In this document: piece after piece, positions 36,988 through 46,978 of the stretch
How positions within the stretch are numbered: position 1 is the first letter of the stretch
Layout of the letters: every line of letters begins with the position of its first letter
Source of the DNA: a virus
DNA length: 64,000 bases
Strand: one strand, 5' to 3'
IMG/VR virus record: IMGVR_UViG_3300044620_000592
Span: 1-64,000 of that record
Position numbers and translations under genes: made by a program
The notes under the pieces: model-generated
The model's database searches: none
Told to the model about the DNA's origin: nothing
What the model saw: only the letters and a program-made list of their open reading frames with translations

Positions 36988-39900
36988 TATAGACCTCGAT
37001 TAATTCCGCTATAGGTTGAGATTGTTGTATTATTCAACCCCGCTGCTTTTTGATTTTGCGGAGCAATAGTAACATTATAGTCTTTCATCATTGACTCAAA
37101 CCACTGCTTTTCGCCAATAAAGTTCTCAACATAGATATGGGTTGTTGATGTGGAAGTAGATTGACCATTTACTGGACCAGAGTAAGATGGGGCTTTAGGA
37201 GTATTGAATCTCATGTTGTTCATTGCTTGCAAAGCAGCAATGCCAATGTTCTTAACTGCTGATGCATTGACTACATATTCACCGCCATGAAGAAGAGCAG
37301 GAACACCTTGCGAGCCAAATCCTGGAATTATTCCTCCATTAGCTCTGCTGATCAATCCGCCATTAAAATTACCAATTCCAAAATCATCTTCTTTATTTTT
37401 CATAGCCTTACGAAGAGCAATTCTGGCTAATGCAATCCTTTTCGTAGCAGCAGTAATTCTAGCTTCAATTTCAGGTGTTGAAATACCACCTCTTCCAACA
37501 GAAAATCCAAGTAAATTATTCCTTAATTCATTGGCACTTGTAGTGAAAGGTCTAGAGAACCCAGTAAAGCCTATTCCATTAAATGAATCACCACGCTCCA
37601 ACCTTTGAACAGCATCTGAGTAATCACCAATAATTTCAATACTTGGGTCTATTGATTTCATTGTTTCTGAAAGTTCAGATGCAACCTTAAAAGAATATTT
37701 GCTCATACTTCCAGGATAAATAACCTTTGCACCTAATGGCTTCATTACCATTTCATATATTGCACCAAGAATTCTATTAGAAGCAATTGATGCTAAAGTC
37801 GTTTGTTTTCCACTCGTATCGGCATAAGAATTCCACATTCCAACCTTAAAACCTGTAACGGGATAATGATTTTTATCATACATTTGACCGATTTCAAACG
37901 ACATTGAACTTAATTGTGAAATACCATCATCTAGAATTTGACCAACAGTAATTCTTCCAGAAGTAGCAGTATCCATTACTAGTGATGTTCTCATTTTGCC
38001 TAATAACTCTGGATCAACTACACCAGCTTTCATTAATGATTCAAATGAATCCATATTATTAAAAATAGGAGATTTTGTAAAAAACTTTTTATTAGAATAA
38101 ATTATTGCAGATCTTTGATAATGGTCCGTAAGCGAATTGGTTCTTTGTACAATTTGATTTACTATATTACTTGCATAATTAGGATCAACAATATGCTCTT
38201 GACTTCTTACTGCTTCAAAGAAATTAGACATAGTAAAATCGTTTTCTCTGAAGTCTTTCATCATTAGATCAATATGAGTTTTTCTTTTTGGCATATTTGC
38301 TGGCATATTAAATCCCATGCCTGACATATAATCATAGTGTTGTTCAATATATTTTCTTACAAATTGATTAGGGTTTTTACTATTTAAAAATAAATTTATT
38401 AAATCATCAAACTGCATAGGTCTAACTTGGTTCAAGTTGTCAATAGTTATTGCTGGGTAACTAAAAGCATTTCTATCACCCATAATTTGATCAATTAAAG
38501 TTTTAATTCCAACTTTTGTGCCAGGTTTTATAGCCCTTTTACCATTTGAAAGTATCCTTCCAGAATAGTCTTCAAAATCAATCATTGCTCTTGTAAAACT
38601 TCCAGTACGACCTTTTTTACTTTCTAAAATATTTGAAAGAACATTTTCTTTTATTAATCTATTTTGTTCAACTCTTAAGAAAGATGGGCTTACTAGATAG
38701 TCATTATACATAGAGAGCCAATCTTCACTAGTATTTCCAAAATTAGAGAAAGTTTTTGAAGGGATTAAATAGTCAGATATTTTAGAAATAATCTTTTTCT
38801 GTGGTTTTGGTGTTTTTGGTAGCCCTAATTTATTTCCATACCTTGTACCAAAAATTTTTGAAACTAAGTTTGGATAACTTCTAGTAGTTTGAGCTGGATT
38901 AAACTCCTTTATTGATTTAACCATTGGAGATCTTTCATCAAAATAGTGGAACCATGCTTCGGGACCAACTTTTATAGGCCTGCCAGCAATGTCGACAGTA
39001 GGAGTTGGCGGTTTAATAACCTCTTTTAAATGCCTTGCTTCAGAATAAATTCTGTTCAAAGGTTTGTTATTGTTAATAAATGTCCAATAACTATTTGATA
39101 AAGAATCTTGGACTCTTGGCAAGAAGGTGCTTGGGTTTCTTGGAGCGTTAAGCCCAAAGACAGTATCAGGTCCAATCAATGAAACAGCAGATTGAAGACC
39201 GGCTAAGGTTCTATCCTTACCACTAAGACCTTCATTATGAATATCAAATGTTCTTTCTAGAGGGAAATAAGCGCCAGTGATTGGGTTAAATTCAGTTAGG
39301 GTTTTTGCCAATCCAGCGCCTGCTCTTACCGATGGCAAATCCAACATGGTTGGTTTTCCACTTGGATGAACATGTTCATATTTTGGATTAGTAGCTCTAT
39401 TAAGCATAACTGCAGAACCTGTAAAGCCGGAACCAGTTTGTGAACCATATATCTCAGCCATCAATCGATTACTAGCCCAGTTTTTAGCAGCAACAAAAGG
39501 CTTCTTAACAGCCGACTTTATCTTTCCCCAGATACTCTTTTTCTGCTCTTGCGCTTGTTCTTTTGCCATTTCACCAATGCGTTGCATCTCAAAAGCGGAT
39601 AAAAAATCAGCCTTTCTAAAGTCAGCAGCAGATGCAGGTTTCTTTTCATCAGGCTTCTTGCCCTTTACAAGACCACCCTTGTAGTAGCCAAAAGCGCCTA
39701 CAGCGTCAGCATCAGGAGAATAGGCACCAAAGCTATCAAAATTTCTTGCATTTTTTGGCCCTTTTACTATTTTTTTAAAACTATCAATCCAAATAGGCTT
39801 ACTAAAAGGCATTGTAATCTTGTCGAATCCTTTAGGTTTGTTTCTAAAATAATTAACATAAGCATCTTTAGATGCTTTAGTATTAAATGCCCCCTTGTCG

Positions 39901-42900
39901 GAGCCAAAATTTTTAAATGGATCATATCCAAGTTGACTTATATAACTCATATTTGGGTTAAAGTTTTCTGGGAGAGGGAATTCCTGCTCAGGAGAACGGT
40001 ATTTCTTTAATTTTTCAGGTTTGCCTTTGAAAAGCCCTCTTTCAAGACTTAATAAATGACTTCTATCAAAACCGTGCTTACCTGTACCAAGTGGAGGATT
40101 TAGAAGCGTGGCCCCAGCAGGAAAACCAGGGGAATTTACTGGAACATTTCTTATCCAGCCAAATATTGCAATTCTATTTTTAACAACCATTTGTTGAAGT
40201 TTTGTTGCTAAGTCTGCTGTTTTTCCAAATTCAAGACCTCCATATGCAACCCATGTATCGTCAGCAGTACGCAAACCACCGCCCATCCATCCATCGCTTG
40301 TTTTTGCGCGACCAAACCAATCTGGTTTCTTACCCCAATTTTTTCCTCGGCTAGATTCGCCTTTGCCAATCGTATCCATATAGGCTTCAGTAAAACCACC
40401 ATTGTTTTGTTGCCAATTCCACTCTGCTTGTGCTGGATCTTCTTTTATCTTTTTATCGGGTGCTCTCTCAGGTGCTTTAGATTTACCACCCGTGACCATC
40501 TTCTTCGGTTTCTTAATAGCACCACCCTTTGCAAAAGAATCAATCATTCCACCATTTGCAAAAGGCTTTGGCTTATATGTTCCTTGGTTGATTTGTTGCA
40601 TCATTCCCCAGCCGTACTTGTTAACGGCTGAGTTTCTTACAACAAATTCACCACCATGAAGAATTGCTGGTATACCTTGCTGTACTGGGCCTTCTGTTGG
40701 GCCGCCCTTTGAGTATGGCAACATACCGCCCATTTCATAAAGTTTATATCCGTCATACCCTTCACTTCTGGAACCGGTGTTATAAGCATTCCTAACCATC
40801 GTAAGAATTCTTGAATTCTTCGTTTGCTTTATTGCAGGGTTTTCTGTAAGGAATTTTTTAAACTTATTAGCGGATGAATCGACTGGGGGTTTTGTGAAAA
40901 TTGTAAATGCGTCTGTAAGATAATCAACTAATAGATTTCTATCAGCATTGCGATAATTAGCAAACATAACGCGAGCCAGTTGATTTGGAGTAACTTTACC
41001 TTTTTTAAGATTATTAAGACCTGTTTCATTACCGGTTCCTCCCCCAGTGCCAGTTCCACCAGCGCCAGCTCCAGATCCACCAGCGCCAGTTCCACCACCA
41101 CCGCTACCACCGCTACTGCTAGACCCACCCGCACCAGCAGGGTTTACAATGTCTTGATAGGCTGTATATGTCGTTAGAAGTTTGGAGAAAGCTTCACTAT
41201 TTGTATCAATAACTGTTGTTAAAGTTTGTGAAAGGCCTGTGTACTTTCTTGTTAAGGCATCAATACTTGCGTCAATTGTCTTGCTCCAAATCCCAGTAGG
41301 ACCAAAAGGATTATTTTCAGTAAGTGTTTTGCCAATTGCTGCAAGAGAAGATGTCAAAGGACCAGAAGCATTAACTCCAAGTTGACCTAATGCGCCACCA
41401 AAGGATTCTGAAAAAACTGTTCCCATACTGTTAGCAATAGATTTTGCTCCAACAAAACCATTACCACCATCAATTAACTGATTGAGCATTGTGTTGAATT
41501 CTTCAGCAGTGGTTGGAGGGAATTGTGTAATCTTCTTTGCAGCCTCTGTAAAGGACTTAATCATTTCATCAAAGTACTTGGAAGCATTTTCTTTTGCTTC
41601 CTTGATTGAATCAATCATCACCTTACGGTTTTCTTCAGCAAGCTCCTTTACGCGCTCATCTCTAATTACACCAATACTCTTAGTATCTTCTGTGTCTTGC
41701 CTTGCCCCCGCATCGGCAATTGCTCTTGCTTCATCAATTTGCCCAGCATAAACTGCCATCGCATAATTACGTCTAGTATTAAGACGGTTAAGGGCTCTTT
41801 GCTCTTCGGCTTCTCTAAGTTTGTTTTGGTATTCTTGCTCTTTTGTAAGTTTTTCTTCAGCTTTTGCAACATCCTCAATTTTTTTAATTTGAGCATCATA
41901 AATTAAAAGAGATGCTTCTTTTTGATCTTTCAACGAGTTTGTTATAGATTCAACAACAGCAGTCATTGCATCCTTAATACGGCTTGCAATTTCTTCTTGG
42001 ACTTCTTTCTTGATGTCTTTTAGCGCTTGAGCTGCTCTCTTTGCTAATTCCTTAGCGCCTTCATCAGCGCCTTCAGATAAACCTTCACCAGTTGCATTGG
42101 CAATTTGCTCTTGCATTGGGTCTGTATCAACCTCAACATTATCGTCTTTCTTGCCCTTGCCGCCTAGTGTGACTTTTCCTTTTGAAGCATCAATACCGCC
42201 CTTCTTTAAACCACCAAGTTTGTTTTTGATACCCTTAGCAGATTTATCAATAAGGCCATTAACAGCACCTGTTGCTTTATCAACTGTGCTATTGACAACG
42301 CTAGTTGCTGAATCGACCATTCCTTTTGCGCCATTTACTACGCTTCTAAATTTATTATTAATACCTTTAAATTTGTCACCAATTCCAAAAGGTAGCATTG
42401 ATGCGAGTTTTAATACTCCAGTTATTGGCCAAACTAGATATTCAATCATCCCTTTAGCAAGAAGGCCAATAAGGCTAACAACTCCCTTTACAAGACCACC
42501 AGCAAGGCTGACTATAACTTTAAATCCAATTGCAAAAGCATTAACAAAAAATTCAGCAGCAAAAGCTACAGCAGCCATTAAGAAAGAGAATGCTTTCTTC
42601 CAATTACCTTGGAATAGCGATACAACTGCTCCAACAATGTTTATAATCATATAAAGGTATGGCTTAATGAACTTCTCAACAATCATTTTGAAAACATTAG
42701 CTACAAACTTAAAGACTACTGCAATACCAGAGAATGCTTTACCAAGACCTTGGACAGCACCTTCTGAGCCTTTTGCTCCGTTTCCAAAATGAGCAAACAA
42801 GTCAATAATAGGGCGGACAAGTTCAAGAACTGCATCTTTAACAGTAGTAAATGCCTCTTTAACAGTTTTAATTCCAGAAGATCCCGCTTTCTTAAAACTG

Positions 42901-45900
42901 TCTAGATTCTTCATTACAAGCATTACAGCAACGCCGATTGCAAGAATTATAATTCCAATACCAGAAGCGATAAGTGTTAACTTCATTATCTTCAGAGCAG
43001 CTGTCCCAAGATTTGTTGATGTTACAAAACCTTTCATCGCAGCAGACATTCTTGCAAAGAATCTTGGCGCTTCAACGCCAGCAGCAGCATGCTGCATTCT
43101 TAATGCAAGCATTGCATCTTTAGCGCCTTTTACACTCTTCTTGTATCCTTCTATTGGAGCAGTTGCAAGACCCTTGGCTGTACCGCCAAGTTCTTTTATT
43201 CTGTCGGGAGCAGCTTCTCTTGATCTTCCTACTGCTTCTGCGACTTGAGCAGCTCTTCCTTTAATTCCACCTCTGTAGATATCCGATGCTCTGTCAGCAG
43301 TAATTTCTCTGCCCTTATACATATTTTGCCCAGTGAATACATCAAGATCTAAATTTTTTCTACTAAGCGTTCTCTTGGCTAATGTTCTCTTTTCAAGAGT
43401 CTCTCTAGTATCCTCATAAGCCTGCAGAGCATCTTTCTCTCCAGTGGTCATTCTTCTAAAACGACCACTCGCTCCTCTGATACCGGCCGCTCCTGAAGTA
43501 ACACCAGATGCCTGCAGAGCGACTGCCTCCTGCACCATGTCGCCTACGGACTTTGAGAATCGACCACCAGGACCTCTACCACCTGTAGTTGGATAACCTT
43601 TAGCCAACAAACTTTGTTTGATCATCTCTTCAGTTTTTCTTAGGATTTCTCTTTCATCTGCATCCATTGGCCCCATACGACCACTGGGGCCTCTTACTCC
43701 CGCAGCGCCAGACATAACCCCAGTTTTCTGAAGCTTCAAAGCAGATTTCATTTGGGATGTAAAAGAAGGTTTTGCAGCAACAGGTGCGCCAGTAATTGGG
43801 TCAATAACTGAAGTACCAGTAATTGGAGCTAATGATTCTCTAACTGCTTTTTGAGCATTAACTTGTCTAGACAATGCCATTGGAGCAGTGCTTTGCTCTT
43901 GCAAAGCACCAGTCATTAATCCAATTTTATTTGCGAGTCTTCCAACCGGACCTTCACCAGATGCAAGAGTTGCAAGGAATGTCGCAAACTTCCCATTTGT
44001 ATTAACAACGGTATCACCAACAACAGTTAATGGCTTAGATAGTCTAAGCATTGCTGATGAACTAGCAACAGCTTCAACTGACAATGTTTTAAGGGATGGC
44101 AAAAAGGAGAGAAGGACTTTCGCAACGCTACCCATTGCAAGTCTAAACTGACCGAAGACAAAGATGAGTGGTCCAATTGCAGCAGTTGCTCCAGCAACAA
44201 GAAGAGCAACAGTTGATATTAATTGCTTAGTTCTACCATCAAGACTAGACCATGCAGTAATCAACTTATTTGAAATATCTGTAATTTTTTCTATTGCAGG
44301 TCTTGCCCCTTTGATGATATCAGTAGCAAAAGCTTTAAAGTTGTTTTTAAGAATTGATATTTGTGTGTCAAGAGAACCTAATGCGACATCTAATTCTCTT
44401 TGTGCAACCTCAGCAGCGTTGGCTGCGCCTGCAAGTTGAATAAAGCTAGCTCGACCAGCCTCCGTATTAACTTGACCAATTAAGTCTACTCCTTCTGTTC
44501 TTTGAGCTTTTACAATCTCATCAGTAACAGCTTGTCTAACTTTTCTAGCTTCTTTAACTTGCGCTAGAGTTACTCTACCAAAACCATCAATTTGCGCCGT
44601 TTCTCCCTCTTTAATCTGAGCTGTTGCAATTCTGGCAATAATTCCAATATCTTGATAACTCTTAATAAGAGGAAGGTTTGCATTAGATGACTTATTAGCC
44701 GAAATTATTGCTTGGTTTGCAAATCCTTGGAGTTTCTTTTCTGCAGACTCTAAACTTACAGTATTTGATTTAAGAACTTCATCAAAGTCTGCCATCTGAG
44801 CAAGTGCAACTTCCATTCTTGGACCTTGACGAACACCAAAAACTTTTGCAAAGAACTCCATTGCGCCTTCTTGACCTGCTGCGCTGTTCTTTAGTTCATT
44901 AAAACCATCAATAAGAGATTGAATAGCATCAAGACCAGTACCTTTAATTGCGGTAAAGTTAGTATCATACTCTTTTGATAATCTTCTAAACAAGTCAGCA
45001 TTTTGCTTTGTTGGAGCAACAAGTCTCTGCAAAGAAACTTTAATTGAGTTAGCGGATGCTCCAACTTCAAAACCAGCAGCCTTCATTGGAGCAAGCATTC
45101 CAGCAAGTTCAGTCATTGAAAGACCAAATGAGGAACCAGCAGCAGCGACTTCTGGGAAAGCATCTCCCAAGTCTCTTAGAGTCAATGCAGTTACGTTTTC
45201 AACAGAGTTGAAAAGATTTAATTGAGCAGTTGCTGCGCCGATTGCAGCAATTTCTCTTTCTTCAAAGGTCATCTTTCTAGATTGACCCGACATTTGCATA
45301 GCTCGCTGAGCTTGGAAGTAAAGGCTTTGTACAAGATCTTTGGCTGCACCAATATCCATGTCACCAAGTTTTTCAGTAACAGCAGCTAATTCAGTAATCT
45401 TTGCAATGCTCTCTTCGCTTTGGATACCTAATTCAGCAAAGTCTCCTGCCAATCCGACTGTTAAACTCTTGGCAAGACCGAATCTATTGCTAATTTTTCC
45501 AAGAGATTTATCAAGCCTGTCATAGCGATCAACCATTCCTTGAAGTTGCTTAGATTGCTCCTTAGTTGCCCCAACAAGGTCAACATTCATCTTCTTCGCA
45601 GCGGCCTCAAGATTTGGTGCAACATTTTCAAGAACTTTATTTAATCTTACAAATTCTTTATCAACTGACACAAGAGCTTGGAGACCGTATCTTGCAAAAC
45701 CAACCATTGGGGTTGTAAGACCAATAATAAGACTTCGACCAACGAACTGCGCATCCTTGCCAAGACGCTTCTGCTCTTGCGCTACGCTCTTTAAGTCCTC
45801 TGTAAGACCTCTTAGACGAATTCCCTTTAAAGCAGACTCATAAGCCTTAAGGTCGGAAACAGCGGCTTTTCTGAATGAGGCAGATGCTCCAGTAGCAAAC

Positions 45901-46190
45901 TTAAACTCTGTGCCCATTCCGGCAATTTCTTTTCTTACCCTTCCAATCTCATTGGTAAGAACAGAGTTGTTTCTAGAAAGTTGATCAATTGTTTTAGCGT
46001 GAGCTTTTAATGATGAGTCAGCAGAGCCTACAGCAGCAGAGAGAGCCTTGCTTCTTGCGCTAAGGTTGTTCATTGGGGCTACAGAACCCCTTACAACAGC
46101 ATTGAGCTGTTGCATAGCATTGCTAAGCTTATAAACATCCGCTACGCCCGCAGTCGCTACGGCAATTACAATATCTACATCACTAGCCAT
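36987..46190 (-). CDS. Tape measure protein with C-terminal Rpf-like and unknown domains
   Basis: 3067 aa, Ala-rich helical repeats, TP901-like core (GLSMTELAGMLAPM..AGF), hydrophobic segments, follows the tail chaperones. Confidence 0.92.
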   Translation of the reverse strand: MASDVDIVIAVATAGVADVYKLSNAMQQLNAVVRGSVAPMNNLSARSKALSAAVGSADSSLKAHAKTIDQLSRNNSVLTNEIGRVRKEIAGMGTEFKFATGASASFRKAAVSDLKAYESALKGIRLRGLTEDLKSVAQEQKRLGKDAQFVGRSLIIGLTTPMVGFARYGLQALVSVDKEFVRLNKVLENVAPNLEAAAKKMNVDLVGATKEQSKQLQGMVDRYDRLDKSLGKISNRFGLAKSLTVGLAGDFAELGIQSEESIAKITELAAVTEKLGDMDIGAAKDLVQSLYFQAQRAMQMSGQSRKMTFEEREIAAIGAATAQLNLFNSVENVTALTLRDLGDAFPEVAAAGSSFGLSMTELAGMLAPMKAAGFEVGASANSIKVSLQRLVAPTKQNADLFRRLSKEYDTNFTAIKGTGLDAIQSLIDGFNELKNSAAGQEGAMEFFAKVFGVRQGPRMEVALAQMADFDEVLKSNTVSLESAEKKLQGFANQAIISANKSSNANLPLIKSYQDIGIIARIATAQIKEGETAQIDGFGRVTLAQVKEARKVRQAVTDEIVKAQRTEGVDLIGQVNTEAGRASFIQLAGAANAAEVAQRELDVALGSLDTQISILKNNFKAFATDIIKGARPAIEKITDISNKLITAWSSLDGRTKQLISTVALLVAGATAAIGPLIFVFGQFRLAMGSVAKVLLSFLPSLKTLSVEAVASSSAMLRLSKPLTVVGDTVVNTNGKFATFLATLASGEGPVGRLANKIGLMTGALQEQSTAPMALSRQVNAQKAVRESLAPITGTSVIDPITGAPVAAKPSFTSQMKSALKLQKTGVMSGAAGVRGPSGRMGPMDADEREILRKTEEMIKQSLLAKGYPTTGGRGPGGRFSKSVGDMVQEAVALQASGVTSGAAGIRGASGRFRRMTTGEKDALQAYEDTRETLEKRTLAKRTLSRKNLDLDVFTGQNMYKGREITADRASDIYRGGIKGRAAQVAEAVGRSREAAPDRIKELGGTAKGLATAPIEGYKKSVKGAKDAMLALRMQHAAAGVEAPRFFARMSAAMKGFVTSTNLGTAALKIMKLTLIASGIGIIILAIGVAVMLVMKNLDSFKKAGSSGIKTVKEAFTTVKDAVLELVRPIIDLFAHFGNGAKGSEGAVQGLGKAFSGIAVVFKFVANVFKMIVEKFIKPYLYMIINIVGAVVSLFQGNWKKAFSFLMAAVAFAAEFFVNAFAIGFKVIVSLAGGLVKGVVSLIGLLAKGMIEYLVWPITGVLKLASMLPFGIGDKFKGINNKFRSVVNGAKGMVDSATSVVNSTVDKATGAVNGLIDKSAKGIKNKLGGLKKGGIDASKGKVTLGGKGKKDDNVEVDTDPMQEQIANATGEGLSEGADEGAKELAKRAAQALKDIKKEVQEEIASRIKDAMTAVVESITNSLKDQKEASLLIYDAQIKKIEDVAKAEEKLTKEQEYQNKLREAEEQRALNRLNTRRNYAMAVYAGQIDEARAIADAGARQDTEDTKSIGVIRDERVKELAEENRKVMIDSIKEAKENASKYFDEMIKSFTEAAKKITQFPPTTAEEFNTMLNQLIDGGNGFVGAKSIANSMGTVFSESFGGALGQLGVNASGPLTSSLAAIGKTLTENNPFGPTGIWSKTIDASIDALTRKYTGLSQTLTTVIDTNSEAFSKLLTTYTAYQDIVNPAGAGGSSSSGGSGGGGTGAGGSGAGAGGTGTGGGTGNETGLNNLKKGKVTPNQLARVMFANYRNADRNLLVDYLTDAFTIFTKPPVDSSANKFKKFLTENPAIKQTKNSRILTMVRNAYNTGSRSEGYDGYKLYEMGGMLPYSKGGPTEGPVQQGIPAILHGGEFVVRNSAVNKYGWGMMQQINQGTYKPKPFANGGMIDSFAKGGAIKKPKKMVTGGKSKAPERAPDKKIKEDPAQAEWNWQQNNGGFTEAYMDTIGKGESSRGKNWGKKPDWFGRAKTSDGWMGGGLRTADDTWVAYGGLEFGKTADLATKLQQMVVKNRIAIFGWIRNVPVNSPGFPAGATLLNPPLGTGKHGFDRSHLLSLERGLFKGKPEKLKKYRSPEQEFPLPENFNPNMSYISQLGYDPFKNFGSDKGAFNTKASKDAYVNYFRNKPKGFDKITMPFSKPIWIDSFKKIVKGPKNARNFDSFGAYSPDADAVGAFGYYKGGLVKGKKPDEKKPASAADFRKADFLSAFEMQRIGEMAKEQAQEQKKSIWGKIKSAVKKPFVAAKNWASNRLMAEIYGSQTGSGFTGSAVMLNRATNPKYEHVHPSGKPTMLDLPSVRAGAGLAKTLTEFNPITGAYFPLERTFDIHNEGLSGKDRTLAGLQSAVSLIGPDTVFGLNAPRNPSTFLPRVQDSLSNSYWTFINNNKPLNRIYSEARHLKEVIKPPTPTVDIAGRPIKVGPEAWFHYFDERSPMVKSIKEFNPAQTTRSYPNLVSKIFGTRYGNKLGLPKTPKPQKKIISKISDYLIPSKTFSNFGNTSEDWLSMYNDYLVSPSFLRVEQNRLIKENVLSNILESKKGRTGSFTRAMIDFEDYSGRILSNGKRAIKPGTKVGIKTLIDQIMGDRNAFSYPAITIDNLNQVRPMQFDDLINLFLNSKNPNQFVRKYIEQHYDYMSGMGFNMPANMPKRKTHIDLMMKDFRENDFTMSNFFEAVRSQEHIVDPNYASNIVNQIVQRTNSLTDHYQRSAIIYSNKKFFTKSPIFNNMDSFESLMKAGVVDPELLGKMRTSLVMDTATSGRITVGQILDDGISQLSSMSFEIGQMYDKNHYPVTGFKVGMWNSYADTSGKQTTLASIASNRILGAIYEMVMKPLGAKVIYPGSMSKYSFKVASELSETMKSIDPSIEIIGDYSDAVQRLERGDSFNGIGFTGFSRPFTTSANELRNNLLGFSVGRGGISTPEIEARITAATKRIALARIALRKAMKNKEDDFGIGNFNGGLISRANGGIIPGFGSQGVPALLHGGEYVVNASAVKNIGIAALQAMNNMRFNTPKAPSYSGPVNGQSTSTSTTHIYVENFIGEKQWFESMMKDYNVTIAPQNQKAAGLNNTTISTYSGINRGL

Positions 46191-46238
46191 TTGGTACCTC
46201 TTAAATTATCGCATTTTATATTGCAAAACGCAATGAAT

Positions 46239-46577
46239 TTATCCAGCAATTTCAAAGCCAAGGCCAATTGGAATATCTCTATAGTTATCTGCGGTGATTG
46301 AGTTATCCTCTGGAGGAAGTGGATCGTACCAGTCATCATCAAAGTCAACTTCTCCTCCAAATGCAACAGCAGATGCTTTGATTGTTTTTGTATATTCATT
46401 ACCACATGCGCGGTAAAGCAAAAACAACTCATGCAAAAGCAAAGAGTCTTCTAATTCTTCTAAACTTTTCCACGCACCTATTTGTACAAAAACTTCTGAT
46501 TCATACTTCAATAGGGGAAGATCATCCCAAGCGGTTACTTCGCCTGAACTTGCTGACCCTCCCTCTACTGGTTTGGG
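46239..46577 (-). CDS. Tail assembly chaperone, -1 frameshift extension (gpT-like)
   Basis: -1 frame open from the slippery site: PVEGGSASSGEVTAWDDLPLLKYESEVF... Confidence 0.8.
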   Translation of the reverse strand, partial: PKPVEGGSASSGEVTAWDDLPLLKYESEVFVQIGAWKSLEELEDSLLLHELFLLYRACGNEYTKTIKASAVAFGGEVDFDDDWYDPLPPEDNSITADNYRDIPIGLGFEIAG

Positions 46578-46879
46578 TCGCCACCCATAGCAACTGCCAT
46601 GAGTTCTTGGAATGAACGGAGGTCGAGAGCGTCTTCCAATGCATCATCATCAGCTGCCAACTCTGGGTCAACCTTCTTGAGTGCAATTTTTGCTGCTGCA
46701 ACCATCTTGTCAATGTCCTCATCTGTGAGGTTACCTTCGTCAGTTGTCTTCATATCATTTGCAACCTTCATAAAGTCTCTCAGTGAGCGAATGGTCAGGG
46801 GTTTAATTGTGCGAACTTTTCCGTCAGCAAACACAATGTCTGTACCCTTATACATATCTACATTCTTATTATTAGCCAT
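46565..46879 (-). CDS. Tail assembly chaperone (gpG-like)
   Basis: Between major tail and tape measure; IKPLTIRSLRDFM. Confidence 0.85.
   Translation of the reverse strand: MANNKNVDMYKGTDIVFADGKVRTIKPLTIRSLRDFMKVANDMKTTDEGNLTDEDIDKMVAAAKIALKKVDPELAADDDALEDALDLRSFQELMAVAMGGDPNQ
46571..46577 (-). other. Programmed -1 ribosomal frameshift site C CCA AAC
   Basis: XXXYYYZ heptamer in correct phase, one sense codon (CAG) before the gpG stop. Confidence 0.8.
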
Positions 46880-46904
46880 TTTAAAATGTCCTACCTTTGT
46901 CTAT

Positions 46905-46949
46905 AAAAAGGGAAAATCCCTTGTGCAATATATTATCACACAAGGGATT
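46905..46949 (-). terminator. Terminator hairpin after the major tail gene
   Basis: 11-bp stem AATCCCTTGTG/CACAAGGGATT followed by TTCCCTTTTT. Confidence 0.7.
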
Positions 46950-46978
46950 GCCCTAAGTACCAGTTTGTAGTTTTTTAA

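Noticed and set aside
46522-46722. Alternative ORF overlapping the tail chaperone
   Set aside because: Wrong frame for the gpG-T fusion; the -1 frame via CCCAAAC explains the locus
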